The position numbers and the translations under genes are program-made. Of a DNA stretch of 64,000 bases, positions 18,613 to 29,908 are shown piece by piece. Under the pieces are notes generated by a model. It had not been told where the DNA came from, ran no database searches, and was given only the letters and a program-made list of their open reading frames with translations. The stretch comes from an uncultured Prevotella sp. (lineage in GTDB: Bacteria > Bacteroidota > Bacteroidia > Bacteroidales > Bacteroidaceae), in contig CALCVP010000072.1 in assembly GCA_937907705.1 (NCBI GenBank), forward strand, positions 26,662 through 90,661. The letters run 5' to 3'. Positions within the stretch are counted from its first letter, which is position 1. Each line of letters begins with the position of its first letter.

Positions 18613-19977
18613 ATGCAATTATTCAAGAAAAAGTATCAAATGCACTATAAGGCGCTGCTTTCTTTGGGCGTTCCGATAGTGATAGGACAAGTAGGAAACA
18701 TTATTTTGGGCTTTGCGGATACGCTGATGGTGGGTCATCATAGTGTGCTTGAGCTGGGTGCTGCCAGCTTTGTAAACACGATGTTTGCCCTCTTTTTGGT
18801 GTTTGCCATGGGCTTTTCGTACAGCGTAACCCCCGAAGTGGGCAGCATGTTTGGGCGTGGCGAACATGAGAAAATAGGTCCTTTCATGCGCAATGCGCTG
18901 GCAGCCAATGGCATGTTGGCCTTGATATTGTTGGCAGTGTTGGCAGTTTTTTACCTCTGTTTGCCGTTGATGGGGCAGCCTGAAGAGCTGCTGCCGCTGA
19001 TGCTTCCCTATCTGCTGATACTGATAGTGTCTATCCCTTTCATGTGCGTATTTAACACCTTCAAGCAGTTTTTCGATGCTATCGGCAATACCAAGACGCC
19101 TATGACGGTGATGGTTGGCGGCAATGTGATGAACATTGTGGGCAATTATGTACTGATTTACGGTAAGTGTGGACTGCCGGAATTAGGCCTTTTGGGTGCC
19201 GGTATGTCCACTTTGCTCTCCCGTATCATGATGACCGTGGCTCTTTGCACGATCTATCTCGGTGTGAAACGCTATCGTGTCTATGCCCACGGGCTGCTGC
19301 ACAGCAAGTTCAGTGCAGCCGCTTTTCGCCATGTCAACGCCCTTAGCTGGCCCTTGGCGCTGCAAATGGGCATGGAAGCAGGGGCGTTCTCTTTGGTGTC
19401 TGTCTTCGTAGGATGGATTGGGGCTACAGCTTTGGCAGCGCATCAAGTGATGCTTACCCTCTCTCAAGTGTTCTATATGGTCTATTATGGATTGGGGGCT
19501 GCGGTGGCGGTACGCACCAGTTATTTCAACGGTCGTAAGGACTTTGCTGCTGCCAAGGTCAATGCTATGGCGGGTTTCCATATCATTCTGTGGGTAGCAT
19601 GCCTGGCATCGGTTCCTATTTTCATGCTTCGCCATACGGTAAGCTATTGGTTTACCGACAGCGCAGACGTGGCACAGCTGGTAGCTGTTACGATATTTCC
19701 GCTTATTGCCTACCAGTTTGGCGACGGTATGCAGTGCTGTTATTCCAATGCCATGCGTGGTGTGGCAGACGTGAAGCCCATGATGTATATCTCGTTTTTC
19801 TCTTATTTCATCATGTCATTGCCGTTCAGCTGGCTGTTCGGCATACATTGGGGCTATGGCTTGCCCGGCATTTGGTGGGCGTTTCCTATCAGCTTGATTT
19901 GTGCCGGTGTACTTTACTATACTTTCTTTCAGCGCAAGTTGCGCCGCGAAGCGGCGGCTGCCGGTGTGGAGTTGTAG
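18613..19977 (+). CDS. MATE family efflux transporter (NorM-like)
   Basis: About 12 TM segments; FADTLMVGH and LIYGKCGLPELGLLGAG motifs. Confidence 0.92.
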   Translation: MQLFKKKYQMHYKALLSLGVPIVIGQVGNIILGFADTLMVGHHSVLELGAASFVNTMFALFLVFAMGFSYSVTPEVGSMFGRGEHEKIGPFMRNALAANGMLALILLAVLAVFYLCLPLMGQPEELLPLMLPYLLILIVSIPFMCVFNTFKQFFDAIGNTKTPMTVMVGGNVMNIVGNYVLIYGKCGLPELGLLGAGMSTLLSRIMMTVALCTIYLGVKRYRVYAHGLLHSKFSAAAFRHVNALSWPLALQMGMEAGAFSLVSVFVGWIGATALAAHQVMLTLSQVFYMVYYGLGAAVAVRTSYFNGRKDFAAAKVNAMAGFHIILWVACLASVPIFMLRHTVSYWFTDSADVAQLVAVTIFPLIAYQFGDGMQCCYSNAMRGVADVKPMMYISFFSYFIMSLPFSWLFGIHWGYGLPGIWWAFPISLICAGVLYYTFFQRKLRREAAAAGVEL

Positions 19978-20047
19978 GCAATCATTGGTTTTCTTGTACT
20001 GAAACAAATGACTGCCAGCGGTTCACAGCTGCCGCTTAACTATACAG

Positions 20048-20094
20048 AAAGCGGCGGAAACGAGGGTATTAAACCCTTGCTTCCGCCGCTTTTT
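20048..20094. terminator. Bidirectional terminator between convergent genes
   Basis: AAAGCGGCGGAA...TTCCGCCGCTTTTT. Confidence 0.8.
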
Positions 20095-20137
20095 CATTGT
20101 ATAAGATGCCTAAACAAGGCTCCGTCTACTATTCCTT

Positions 20138-21901
20138 TTACTTTATTATCTGCTTGGCTGCGCTGCCGTCAGACAGCTTTATGATGGTTACACCTTTGTA
20201 GCCACGGGGCGCTACGGCACCACTCAGCGTGTAGCGTGCCACAGTCTGCACATCATCAGCTGCATTGATGCCCTTTACAGCAGTGCTGCCGCCAACGGGC
20301 AGTGTAGCTTTGGCGCAGTTTTCGATGGCACAGTTGCTCACATCATCAGCATCATAGTTGCCCACGAAGGCCACTACCTCCATGTTTTTGGTATTCCATG
20401 CGGGGTCTATGGTGAATGAACAGTAGTATGAGAAAGCACCGTCTTTCCACTCGACAGGTTCTCCCCAAGTGGCGTTTACCGCACGGGTAACATGCTGCTG
20501 GTAGTAAGTGCCGGAGGCACCTTCCTGCGCTTGCGCCTTGATATCGTTTTCCACGAGGTACACGGTAACACGTGGAGAGGCCTGGTTGTACAGTTCATTG
20601 CACACGCCGCCTACACAGACATTGACCACCGAGTTGTTATTGGCCAGTTGCAGGTCTACGCTTATCATGGCATTGGTGCTTTGCTGAAGTTCGGTAGCAG
20701 TTACTTTCTCCAGCAGTTCATAGTCAGTCGGCAGGAATACGGGTACAGATTTGCCGGCGTTATTTTCAAAGTAAGCCTTGCGGTTGGCCATGGCAGCAGG
20801 GGCATAGGTATCATTGCCGTTGTCGTAGAAGCGCAACAGCTCCTCCTCACCGCTTAAAGTAAGCCAGTCGGTGTAGTAACCTACGTGGTGAGCCACTGCC
20901 ATTACGTTGGCAGAAAAACGTTCGTCGCCAAGCAGTGTGTGCAGATTGGCGGCAGCGGTAGGGCAGTTGGAGCATTTCTCAGTGGTAAACTCTTCCAGCA
21001 ATACGTTGCGCACATAAGTGTAGTAAGGTACCGTGGTGTTGTTGGAAGCGTTGCAGTCGGTAGCCCCGTCACTGGCAGTCAGCTCTACCGTCCATTGTGT
21101 CTGCGCATGGGTAGCCACGCCAGGGTCGACAATCAGCGATAGGGTAGTGTCTGCCATAGCTGGCAAAGACTGGGCTATATGCACCGTCTGTGTGGGCACA
21201 TCGGCTGCTTTCAGCGCTATGGTATAACCTTTTGCAGCCTTGGTGCCATAGTTGTGCACTCCTACGCTGAGGCTAAGTGCTGTGGTGCTGACCGATGGGC
21301 GCGGTACGATAGTGGCTGATGCCACCCCCAAGTCGTAGTCGGGCATGTTGCTGCCGGCTACCAATGCCTCAATGCTTAGCACCCCTTCAGAACTGATGTC
21401 CTGCCACTCGCCATTGCCCTGCTGCAAGAATGAAGTGCCTATGCGGGCTGGCTGCACCGTGCTTACCGCCTCTACCGTGGCACGTTGGCGCAGGCTGTAG
21501 CCCACGTAGTAGCCCTCTTGGTTAGTATCAAGCGTGAGCGGCTGGTCAAAGAGCAGTTTGTTCCAGCCCTTTGCCACATTGCCTGTGCCCGTCTTTCTTA
21601 CCACTTTGGCTTCGGCTATGTTAGGTCCGTCTTTCTTTTTTCTTACCCATACCACCAATGTATCGGTGTTAAGCACATTGACCAGACCTGCCTTTACGCC
21701 CACAATGGCGTTGCCCTCATAGCTGTTCAGTGCTTCTTTAGACAGCCACAGTGCGCAGTTGTTCCAGCATTTTCCGTTCTTTTTATGACTGCTTTCCGTG
21801 TTCACCTTTCCATTGCAGTAACCTATGGAAAGGGTGTCGCTCTGTGCCTGTGCCCCTATGGCAGCCATCAGGCAGAGCAAGCTGAATATTGTTTTTCTCA
21901 T
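20138..21901 (-). CDS. Omp28-related secreted protein with a thioredoxin-like CxxC and a T9SS-type C-terminal tail
   Basis: Signal peptide MRKTIFSLLCLMAAIGAQA|Q, LLEEFTTEKCSNCP, VYLVEN...HVTRA, tail YTLSG...KGVTIIKLSDGSAAKQIIK. Confidence 0.8.
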   Translation of the reverse strand: MRKTIFSLLCLMAAIGAQAQSDTLSIGYCNGKVNTESSHKKNGKCWNNCALWLSKEALNSYEGNAIVGVKAGLVNVLNTDTLVVWVRKKKDGPNIAEAKVVRKTGTGNVAKGWNKLLFDQPLTLDTNQEGYYVGYSLRQRATVEAVSTVQPARIGTSFLQQGNGEWQDISSEGVLSIEALVAGSNMPDYDLGVASATIVPRPSVSTTALSLSVGVHNYGTKAAKGYTIALKAADVPTQTVHIAQSLPAMADTTLSLIVDPGVATHAQTQWTVELTASDGATDCNASNNTTVPYYTYVRNVLLEEFTTEKCSNCPTAAANLHTLLGDERFSANVMAVAHHVGYYTDWLTLSGEEELLRFYDNGNDTYAPAAMANRKAYFENNAGKSVPVFLPTDYELLEKVTATELQQSTNAMISVDLQLANNNSVVNVCVGGVCNELYNQASPRVTVYLVENDIKAQAQEGASGTYYQQHVTRAVNATWGEPVEWKDGAFSYYCSFTIDPAWNTKNMEVVAFVGNYDADDVSNCAIENCAKATLPVGGSTAVKGINAADDVQTVARYTLSGAVAPRGYKGVTIIKLSDGSAAKQIIK

Positions 21902-21944
21902 ATTAATATGCTTTATTGACGGGTATTGATTGCCAGGGCTGTGC

Positions 21945-22047
21945 AAGAGCGGTGCAATCGGCTTCTGAAAGCACTGCTCTTGCCAGCTAACAGCGGTGCA
22001 ATCGGCACGTAAAAGCTATGCTTTCGCAAGCCAATAGCACTGCTTTT
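21945..22047. repeat. 22-bp-period palindrome array, 5 units
   Basis: Cores at 21945 AAGAGCGGTGCAATC, 21967 GAAAGCACTGCTCTT, 21989 AACAGCGGTGCAATC, 22011 AAAAGCTATGCTTTC, 22033 AATAGCACTGCTTTT. Confidence 0.88.
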
Positions 22048-22092
22048 TGCAAAACAACCTGTTTTGTTGTTGCATTTTTTGCCTTGCCGGCA

Positions 22093-24834
22093 CTATTTCC
22101 TTACCTTGCTGACAGTGTTGCCACGCTTGATGAGATAGACGCCTTTAGCGGCGTTGCTGTTGCTGATGCGGCGGCCCGACAGGTCGTAGACAGCAGCAGG
22201 CTGCTGGCCGTTGCCAGTCTTTATGCCCGCTATGCCGGTGGCATCAGGCAACAATACCTTGCATTCTGCTGAGGTATAAGAAAGGTCGGTGCCATCGGTA
22301 GCACGCACTGTAAAGCTGTAAGTCTGTCCTGCTTCCAAGCCATTGAAGGCATAAGCAGTCTTGCCTCCGGTCTTTACACCGTTGTAGTTTTCAACTGAAT
22401 GACGTTCCATTTGGTTGATTGTAGCCATCACATCGTCTATTACCACGAAGCCGCTCTGGCGCTCCAGGCGCAGACGAACCTTGACAGCACCGGCAGCTTC
22501 TATATTGACAGTAGTGCCAACGGTAGGAATATCTATCGTTTGCAGCTCTTTCCAGTCATCGCCATCGGCGGCTTCCACATGTAGTTTGGCATCAGCCTTG
22601 CTGGCGCGTATCCACAGGTTGAGGCTTTTTATTTTAGCTTCCGGATAGGCTACGATAAGATAGTCATTGGTATTGGACAGGCGCAGCGACGGCGATTTCT
22701 CGCCATAGTAATTCTTGACACCGTAATACGTCTGACTGTTGGTAGACCACAGCTCAGGCAGTCCGTCATACTTATCGCTAAAGTCGTATCCCTCTTGTGT
22801 GCTCTTGTCAGAGTAAGTATGCTTGTAGAGCGATACAAGATAGTCGGTAGCACCGTCTACCTCATTCCAGTTGGCAGAAAAGCCGGTAGACTGTATGTCG
22901 GTGGCGTTGAGCCCGACAGGCATCTTCTTGGCAAATACCAACGGCAAGGTCTGTGCATCTACCGTTATGGTGTCTGAGGTATAGCCGCCCACCTTGGCAG
23001 CCACCTCCACGCTGTAGTCTGTGAGTGGTGTCAAACCGTCAATGAGCAGCTTGTCTACCGTAGGATAAATCTTCTGGTTCATGCCTTGCAGAAATACCTT
23101 CTGGCCGTTGGCATCAGTGGTGTAGGCACTCACACAGTAGCTCTTGGCATCAGCCACAGGCGTCCATGTAGCCACAAAACTACTGTCTTTGATGTCTGAC
23201 AGCAGCACAGGTTCAGGCGCAGCCAACTTGTATCGGGTGCCTGCCAACAGCAAACGTATGGTGTCGTTGCGCTCCGCTACATCGTCAATCTTGTACAGTG
23301 CAGTGCCGTCCCACGCCTTCAGCTGATATTGGGTAATGCCACTGGTGCCGGGAAAGATGTCGCCGCTGCGGGTAGCTTCAGTGGCAGTGCCGTCGGCTTC
23401 CACTATATCCACACGCTGATGTCCGGGCTGCACGTTTACAGTGTTGCTTTTCCATGCCGTAGTATCAATGTCTATGTGCCACAACAGCATGCCATGACCG
23501 GGCAGATACTTGTCCCAGCCCGTCTTTTGGCGGTTTTCCATCACATAGAACTCACGCCCGTTGGTGCCCTCTACCGGCACACGGTATGCCTTGTTGCAGT
23601 CTACAAGGTTAGGCAGGGTGCTGATGGTGTCGGCATTGAGGTTCAGGTCGTGGTAGTTGAGCCAGCCCAATTCAGCCCGCTCAAAAGCCGAGAAAGTAGG
23701 CGGAGTGTTCATGTTGTTGTTGTAAGAACCACTGGCCATGGTATCCCATGAACCCAAGCCAAAGGTCATCATGCCATAGCTTACATCGTAATGGTCTGCC
23801 AGTCCGAGCACATGTCCAAACTCATGTACAAACGTGCCGATACCCGTTGGCAGCAGTGTGCCGTCAGCATAGTATCTCAGCTCATTGCTGCAAGTGTAGC
23901 GGTCTATCTGCTTGCCGTCGAGCGTAAGGTCTTGTTTCCAACCCCCTTCGCCCAGGTAATAAGAGTGAGGCCATATCAGTTCTGTGCCGTTAGGCGTGTC
24001 TGCCTGTCCGTTGCCGGCGTAGAAAAAGTAGATGTTGTCTACCTTTCCGTCGTTGTCAGTATCGTATTGCGAGAAATCTATTTGGTCATCGAGTGCCTTG
24101 CACGACTCAATGATGGCCTCATAAATCTTGGCATCCTGCGAAGGCTTGTCGCTTCCGTAGTAAGATGCCTCGTGAGACAGCGTAACAGGACCTACCACTA
24201 CAAACTCAGGATCAAACAGACCGTTGGACGCGTCCAGATAGAAATCGCGGGCAGAACCGTTGATACCGCCGTCATAAGTAAAGCCCGGCTTGTTCAACAA
24301 GTCGGTAAAGAACTGCTGAGGGTTGCTGATGGAGGTAAACTTCTTGTCGCTAAACTCCCACAGGATGACCAGTGTCTTCTGGTGTCCTATGGTAGGAAAA
24401 TCGTTGATACGCATGCGGAGCGGTCCTCCTTGGGTAGCTGTTGGCACAGAATAGCGGCGCAGTGTGGGCTGAAAAGGCACATTGTTGATACTCATTGCAG
24501 CCTTCTCCATCGCCTTTACGTCCATGCTCTTGACATAGTTGCGTGCTTTTTCTTCGCGTTGGGCAGCGTCTTTGGCAATGATGCCGCTACCTGTCAGACG
24601 GTTGTTTTGCAGTTTGGCATACTCAAAAGCACGTTTTGCAGTATTGTAGAAAAGTGGTTTGCCGTCTTCGGAAAACAACATGTGGCGGTGTTCATCACCG
24701 CGCATCATCACCGTAATATAGCTACCGCCCGGCTGCTTCAGCTTCTTGGGCTGAGGGTCAGCTGGAATAGCACTGGCTGTTTGAAATGCTGTCAGCACCA
24801 TAAAAGCCATGACAGCCCATTTGTTTGTTTTCAT
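22093..24834 (-). CDS. M6-family (immune inhibitor A-like) metalloprotease with FN3-like repeats and a T9SS-type tail
   Basis: Propeptide IPADP...GDEH, IWPH, HEFGHVLGLADHY Zn motif, WDTMASGSYN, ENRQKTGWDKYLPGHGML, tail YDLSGRR...KGVYLIK. Confidence 0.9.
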   Translation of the reverse strand: MKTNKWAVMAFMVLTAFQTASAIPADPQPKKLKQPGGSYITVMMRGDEHRHMLFSEDGKPLFYNTAKRAFEYAKLQNNRLTGSGIIAKDAAQREEKARNYVKSMDVKAMEKAAMSINNVPFQPTLRRYSVPTATQGGPLRMRINDFPTIGHQKTLVILWEFSDKKFTSISNPQQFFTDLLNKPGFTYDGGINGSARDFYLDASNGLFDPEFVVVGPVTLSHEASYYGSDKPSQDAKIYEAIIESCKALDDQIDFSQYDTDNDGKVDNIYFFYAGNGQADTPNGTELIWPHSYYLGEGGWKQDLTLDGKQIDRYTCSNELRYYADGTLLPTGIGTFVHEFGHVLGLADHYDVSYGMMTFGLGSWDTMASGSYNNNMNTPPTFSAFERAELGWLNYHDLNLNADTISTLPNLVDCNKAYRVPVEGTNGREFYVMENRQKTGWDKYLPGHGMLLWHIDIDTTAWKSNTVNVQPGHQRVDIVEADGTATEATRSGDIFPGTSGITQYQLKAWDGTALYKIDDVAERNDTIRLLLAGTRYKLAAPEPVLLSDIKDSSFVATWTPVADAKSYCVSAYTTDANGQKVFLQGMNQKIYPTVDKLLIDGLTPLTDYSVEVAAKVGGYTSDTITVDAQTLPLVFAKKMPVGLNATDIQSTGFSANWNEVDGATDYLVSLYKHTYSDKSTQEGYDFSDKYDGLPELWSTNSQTYYGVKNYYGEKSPSLRLSNTNDYLIVAYPEAKIKSLNLWIRASKADAKLHVEAADGDDWKELQTIDIPTVGTTVNIEAAGAVKVRLRLERQSGFVVIDDVMATINQMERHSVENYNGVKTGGKTAYAFNGLEAGQTYSFTVRATDGTDLSYTSAECKVLLPDATGIAGIKTGNGQQPAAVYDLSGRRISNSNAAKGVYLIKRGNTVSKVRK

Positions 24835-24938
24835 TTTATATCTTTAAAGGGGTTTGAATAAAAAGAAAGAGAAGTAAAAGAAGCCCCCTTAAAAGGAATC
24901 CTCTCAGACTTCTCTTCTACAAAATTATCACTGAATAG

Positions 24939-27900
24939 TTATCTTACATTGACCTTATAAGTCTTCTTTCCGACTTTGGCAATGTACACACCGGCAGGCA
25001 CGTTCACTGTTTCGGTAGCAGCGCTGACGCTCTTTGCCACGCGCTGACCGGCAGCATTGTAGATGACTACGTTGCTTCCGTTGGCACCGGTAATGGTAAT
25101 TGTACCCTTGCCGCCTGTAACTTGAGCTGCATCAGCATTCACATCGTCAATGCCTGTGCTTACTGCAACAGTGTTGGAGAGTTGAGATTCGCCCAAGTCA
25201 TATACCGCACTGACAGCATAGTTGCCGCTGCCTGCGGTGGCTTTAGCCTTGTTCTCGGTTACACGGGCTGTGCTCTCAAGACCGTTGTAGACATTATAGC
25301 CCAGCAATACAGGAGCTTTAGCCTCGGTGTAGCTAAGGTTGTCAATCATGATACCGAAGTCGTCCTTTATAGTGTGTATGGCTACATACTTGGCATCGGC
25401 AGGAAGAGTAACCTTTACTTCTTTCCATTCACCAGTGGTTTCGTAGCCAACGGTCTCTATTTTGTTGGTAAATGAAGCAGGATCACGGTCGGTGTTGGAG
25501 GTCAGTACCTCAATGGAAGAAGTAGCTTCGTTGGACAGTGTCATGAACGAAAGCTCGGTTCCACCCTTTACTTCAGGTGAGATGAACCAGTCATCATCAG
25601 GATCAGTGTTTGTGCGTCCATCGGCATCGGCACCGTAGTTGCCGAAGTGTATCAGGCACTTCTCGCCTTCGTAAGGAGTCCATGCTGTGGCAGTAGGACA
25701 CCCTGCCTCCTTTGCGCTCCAGGTCATCCATGCGAATGGTTGGTTGGCATAAGGCCAATAGTTGCCGTAGTACTGTACAAACGTAAGTGTCAAGTGCCCG
25801 TCGCCGTCGTAGGTTGTCCAGTTGTCAATGTTGTCCACCTTAAAGGCAGGCTGGTCTTCGAAGCCGAGTGTTACCTTGCGACCGTCCGTTTGCTCAGGTG
25901 CTACCCATGCCAAGTCATCATTACCGCTAAGGGCAAGGTCGGTAGGAGCGGGCAGATTTACCTGCGTTGGGTTGAGTTCAACCTCCGTACTGCAGTTGTT
26001 GTCGGCATTGGTATCACCGTCATAGAGCACCTCAGCACTGTACACAAGCTCTTTCTGAGCCGCTGTGATAGGCAGAGTGAAGTGGTAGGTTACAGCCTTT
26101 CCCAATGCTAAAGGTTCTGTTGCCTCCTCTTCGGCTATGGTTTCGCCATTAACAGTGAACAGTACTGAATAGTTGTTGGCAGTCTCTGCACCGTTGTTGC
26201 TTACCGTTACGGCTATGTCTGCGGTATCGCCCACTACCGGTGCGTAAGGCTGAGAGATGGAAGCAAGGGCAAGGTCGTTGCCGGTAGCCTCGTGAATGTT
26301 CCACTTGTCGGCAAAGATACGTACGCTTGGGTCTGGCACATAGGCTGTAAGACCTAACTGAGCCTTCTTGCCTACTAACTTGGAAAGGTCAAACACATGC
26401 TCTGTCCAGCCGTTGTTGCCGGTCAAAGAGGTACTGTCGCTTGCGGCAATGAAGTCTTTGCTGCCGTCCACTGTGGCGGTAATCGTAACGTAAGCCTCTT
26501 TAGGCATGGCATCGGAGTGGTGCAGCCATACAGAGAATACAGGCTTCTTGGCATTGGTAAAGTCGATGATGGGTGAAACAAAGCTGCTTGATGCATCTTC
26601 ACTTCCATGGTTAACGAATACCAAGTCTGTACCATCATTGTCTACGGCTTGTATCTTGTCATTGTAGTAACCACCGTCTATAGTCCATGCTTGGTTGTTT
26701 TTGCCTTGATAGATAATGTAGGGTGAGTGGTCAACCCCTTTGCTTGTAAATGCCTCTTCGAACGGAAGGTCATAAGGCTTGCCCATTACGATGCCTGCAC
26801 GGGCATAGTCAGACATGCCTTGGTCATTGGAAGCTGTAACGCTGAATACGTATTGGTTCTGTGCCTCTGCTGCGTCTTTGATAGTTACTTCTATGCTTGT
26901 CTCATTGTCAGAAGAGCCTAACTCCACATCAGAAGGACTGCTGTTAGCATCGTATTTGTATATTTTATAGTTTAAGGTTGAGGGGTCTACATATCCTCCA
27001 TTGACGCCTTCAGTAGGGGCATCCCATGAAAGGTTTGCCACGGTGCGGTCTTCGCCCCAGCTTATTTTCAAGTTGCTGATAGCCTTTGGCACGTCAGCGC
27101 CTACAAATTTGGTAATGGATACCGGCCAGCCCTCGCCGTCGGCATTGGCAGCTATTATCTTATAGGTGTTCCAACCGTGTACGGCTGTAACCTTGATAGA
27201 AGCGTTGCCACCAGGCTGAACCTTGCTTTCGGTAGCTACGACCTTGCCGTCCTGGTCGTAAACAGTAACCTTTGCAAGGCTTGAAAGGTTATTGCCGTTG
27301 ATGGCGGTAGCAGGAAGCTTGAAGCTCAGTGTGCCGCCTAAAGCACCTTTTTCGTCAGCTTTGAAGGTGAGAGAACGTACCTTGTCAGGAGCAGTAACAG
27401 GGGCTACGGCCTTCACGCTGAGGTCATCTATTGACCAGTATGCATCACCTCCGATACTGTAGTTATAGAAGCCGAAGTTGTAGGTGCCGCTTTCTGAAGG
27501 ACGGAAGTAGACCTCATGCAATTCGTCTTTGACCTTGGTAGAGTATCCTTGCAGGTCTTCCAACACGTTGTTTTGGTCTTCCGGTGTGTTGCCTTGGCCG
27601 ACAGTGGTGCGTAAATAGTTGCTGCCACTGAGCTTGTAAGACATTTCGTAGAGTTTGTTGCCGTCCAGCTTGAATGATGGAGTTATCAACCAGTCGTCTC
27701 CTGAACCTCCACCGGAGGTGATATTGTTGTAATAATTGTTCCACATCCAGGTGCGATAGGAACCGTTGTTGTCCAAATTCAAAACGGTAAAGCCATCCAG
27801 ACAGTTCTTGTCAGAGAAGTCATTGGCGTATGGTAAAGGTGAGTATTTGCCTGCACTTACACGGTTGGTCTTTACGCCAACGCCCGTGTTGTCATGGCTG

Positions 27901-29618
27901 ATAGCGTAAATAGTGTAGCTGTAAGTCTGTATCTCATCTGCCAGGTCATTGTCTTGAACGGTGGTATTGGCAGTGCCATCGGCTATTACCTTGCCATCGT
28001 TGTTGCGAACTACCTTGTATGTAAGGTCTGAAGCGTCAAATTTGGCACCGAAGTCGGCATAACGTCCTTCTGCAGGAGCTTTCCATGAGATGGTGGCAAC
28101 ATCGCCCAAGATAGCCAATGTCGGTGAACCTACGCTGGCTGGAGCATCGTAACCGCAAGCCACAAAGGTGTTGGCACGGGCTTGTTCCAGCTCGTTCCAT
28201 AGAGGATAAGCCTGCACGGTGATGGCATGCACACCGTCGGCAAGGTCGAGAGAGAAAGAAACCTTGCTGCCATAAGTGATGCTTGAAGGCATGTCAGCAG
28301 GCGTAACGTATTGGTTGTCTACGATGACATAGCAGCGGAAGTTCTTCGATGCGTAGGAAGGAAGAGTGATGTCGTTGCCCTCGGTGTCTTTGTTTGGCAC
28401 GGTAAAGCTGACGGTTACCTTGTTGCTTCCATCGGCAGCATCGGCCTTGAGGTCTGTGATGTCTGCCAGATGATACTTGAAGTAGCTTGTCTGAGACTCA
28501 GGACGCTGATAGAAAAAAGTGAAACCGGTAGGTGTCTTTTCTACCAATTCTGTTTTCAATACATTGTCTTTGGCGCCGTAAGCCAAGAACGGAGCTACCT
28601 TATAATACTGTGTGCCGTTGTTGAAATCGTAGTGATTGACGAGCAGATAGCCAGTGTTGCCGTCGTAAATCATCGGTTGCAGACCGTAGGTGTATTGTGT
28701 TGGAATATCCATACGACCTATTTTCTTCTTTTCAAGGGTCTGTGCATTGATTTCATATAAATAGAGTGAGTCTGTATATACCTGGAACCTGAGTATTCCA
28801 CCTGTAGCAGTGAAGGCTTTGGGCACAAAGTCGTTCTTTGCTTCATCGTTGTATCCGCCGATATAGCCGATACGTTTGAGCTGGCAGGTGGCAGTGTCGA
28901 GCACATTGAGATAATAGCTCTCGGTATCTCCTTCAGGCATGTTGGAGTTGAAAGAGACGGCATATACAATGTCGTTTTGGTCGTCATAGCTCAGCAAGTA
29001 AGGCACACGGTCTTTGCCGTTTTTGTCGAGTGTGAATGTCTTTTGGCTGAGACGTTCCAATGTGTTGGCATCATACACGGTGCGTGTAAGGGTCGTAAAG
29101 TTGCCTGTACTCGTGTCTTGATTAGGCAAGAAGCTGTAAAGTTTGCCTTTGGCCATATACGAATAAGGTGAGAGACCATTGTCTGAAGATACGGTATCAC
29201 ACTCGAAAGGCTTGAGATTATAGTTGACCAATCCTCCTGTAGCAGTGGTTCCGTCTTCCGCTACGCCAGCTGCTGCATTAAAGCCTGTATAAGTCCATTT
29301 GCTTGCTTCTGCCTTGTTGGCAGCCTTTCTGGGCTGTATGCGCTGGGTGGTGGTAGGGGTGGTACCCTTGTTTACCACAAATTGTCCGTAGACAGTGCGA
29401 TCACTTTGGCTATAAAGGGGCAAATTACTCTTGAAGTTCTTTGCTGCTTCCTCTATAGATTTCTGGTTGTCGGCAGCTTTCTTCTGAGTAGCTGTCAACG
29501 ATGTCGCATCGGTTTGCTTCTTTGGAGCAAACGAAACCACAGACTGCCCAACTGCTCCAACGGAGTAGCCCAGACCGACCACGGTAAGCGTCATCATCAA
29601 ATTGGTAAATCTATTCAT
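24939..29618 (-). CDS. Large secreted adhesin-like protein (FN3-like and cleaved-adhesin/choice-of-anchor J-like domains, T9SS CTD)
   Basis: Signal peptide; repeated LSWDAP...YKIY FN3-like units; DDWLITP/DDWFISP and WTTYDGDG motifs; CTD IYNAAGQ...PAGVYIAKVGKKTYKVNVR. A TTG start at 29624 is also possible. Confidence 0.8.
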   Translation of the reverse strand: MNRFTNLMMTLTVVGLGYSVGAVGQSVVSFAPKKQTDATSLTATQKKAADNQKSIEEAAKNFKSNLPLYSQSDRTVYGQFVVNKGTTPTTTQRIQPRKAANKAEASKWTYTGFNAAAGVAEDGTTATGGLVNYNLKPFECDTVSSDNGLSPYSYMAKGKLYSFLPNQDTSTGNFTTLTRTVYDANTLERLSQKTFTLDKNGKDRVPYLLSYDDQNDIVYAVSFNSNMPEGDTESYYLNVLDTATCQLKRIGYIGGYNDEAKNDFVPKAFTATGGILRFQVYTDSLYLYEINAQTLEKKKIGRMDIPTQYTYGLQPMIYDGNTGYLLVNHYDFNNGTQYYKVAPFLAYGAKDNVLKTELVEKTPTGFTFFYQRPESQTSYFKYHLADITDLKADAADGSNKVTVSFTVPNKDTEGNDITLPSYASKNFRCYVIVDNQYVTPADMPSSITYGSKVSFSLDLADGVHAITVQAYPLWNELEQARANTFVACGYDAPASVGSPTLAILGDVATISWKAPAEGRYADFGAKFDASDLTYKVVRNNDGKVIADGTANTTVQDNDLADEIQTYSYTIYAISHDNTGVGVKTNRVSAGKYSPLPYANDFSDKNCLDGFTVLNLDNNGSYRTWMWNNYYNNITSGGGSGDDWLITPSFKLDGNKLYEMSYKLSGSNYLRTTVGQGNTPEDQNNVLEDLQGYSTKVKDELHEVYFRPSESGTYNFGFYNYSIGGDAYWSIDDLSVKAVAPVTAPDKVRSLTFKADEKGALGGTLSFKLPATAINGNNLSSLAKVTVYDQDGKVVATESKVQPGGNASIKVTAVHGWNTYKIIAANADGEGWPVSITKFVGADVPKAISNLKISWGEDRTVANLSWDAPTEGVNGGYVDPSTLNYKIYKYDANSSPSDVELGSSDNETSIEVTIKDAAEAQNQYVFSVTASNDQGMSDYARAGIVMGKPYDLPFEEAFTSKGVDHSPYIIYQGKNNQAWTIDGGYYNDKIQAVDNDGTDLVFVNHGSEDASSSFVSPIIDFTNAKKPVFSVWLHHSDAMPKEAYVTITATVDGSKDFIAASDSTSLTGNNGWTEHVFDLSKLVGKKAQLGLTAYVPDPSVRIFADKWNIHEATGNDLALASISQPYAPVVGDTADIAVTVSNNGAETANNYSVLFTVNGETIAEEEATEPLALGKAVTYHFTLPITAAQKELVYSAEVLYDGDTNADNNCSTEVELNPTQVNLPAPTDLALSGNDDLAWVAPEQTDGRKVTLGFEDQPAFKVDNIDNWTTYDGDGHLTLTFVQYYGNYWPYANQPFAWMTWSAKEAGCPTATAWTPYEGEKCLIHFGNYGADADGRTNTDPDDDWFISPEVKGGTELSFMTLSNEATSSIEVLTSNTDRDPASFTNKIETVGYETTGEWKEVKVTLPADAKYVAIHTIKDDFGIMIDNLSYTEAKAPVLLGYNVYNGLESTARVTENKAKATAGSGNYAVSAVYDLGESQLSNTVAVSTGIDDVNADAAQVTGGKGTITITGANGSNVVIYNAAGQRVAKSVSAATETVNVPAGVYIAKVGKKTYKVNVR

Positions 29619-29908
29619 GCGCAAACTATTAAAAAGTGATTAATGTTATGAACTGTTTTTTTACGATTGCAAAATTAATTTTTATCTGTTTTATTTGCAA
29701 ACATTAAGGCTTCTACTCCTTTTAGTTTCTTGAATTTTAAATAGAAAAGTAGCAAAAAGACTATAATTGTTGCACTTTTAGAATAAATATAATATGTTTA
29801 TGCTGCAATGTAAAACATAAAGTAAGACTTGGATTCTTGAAAATTAAAATCCGTTTCATTTCTTTTTATTTTGCATTTTACTCGGCTTGCACTATCTTTG
29901 CACTTGTT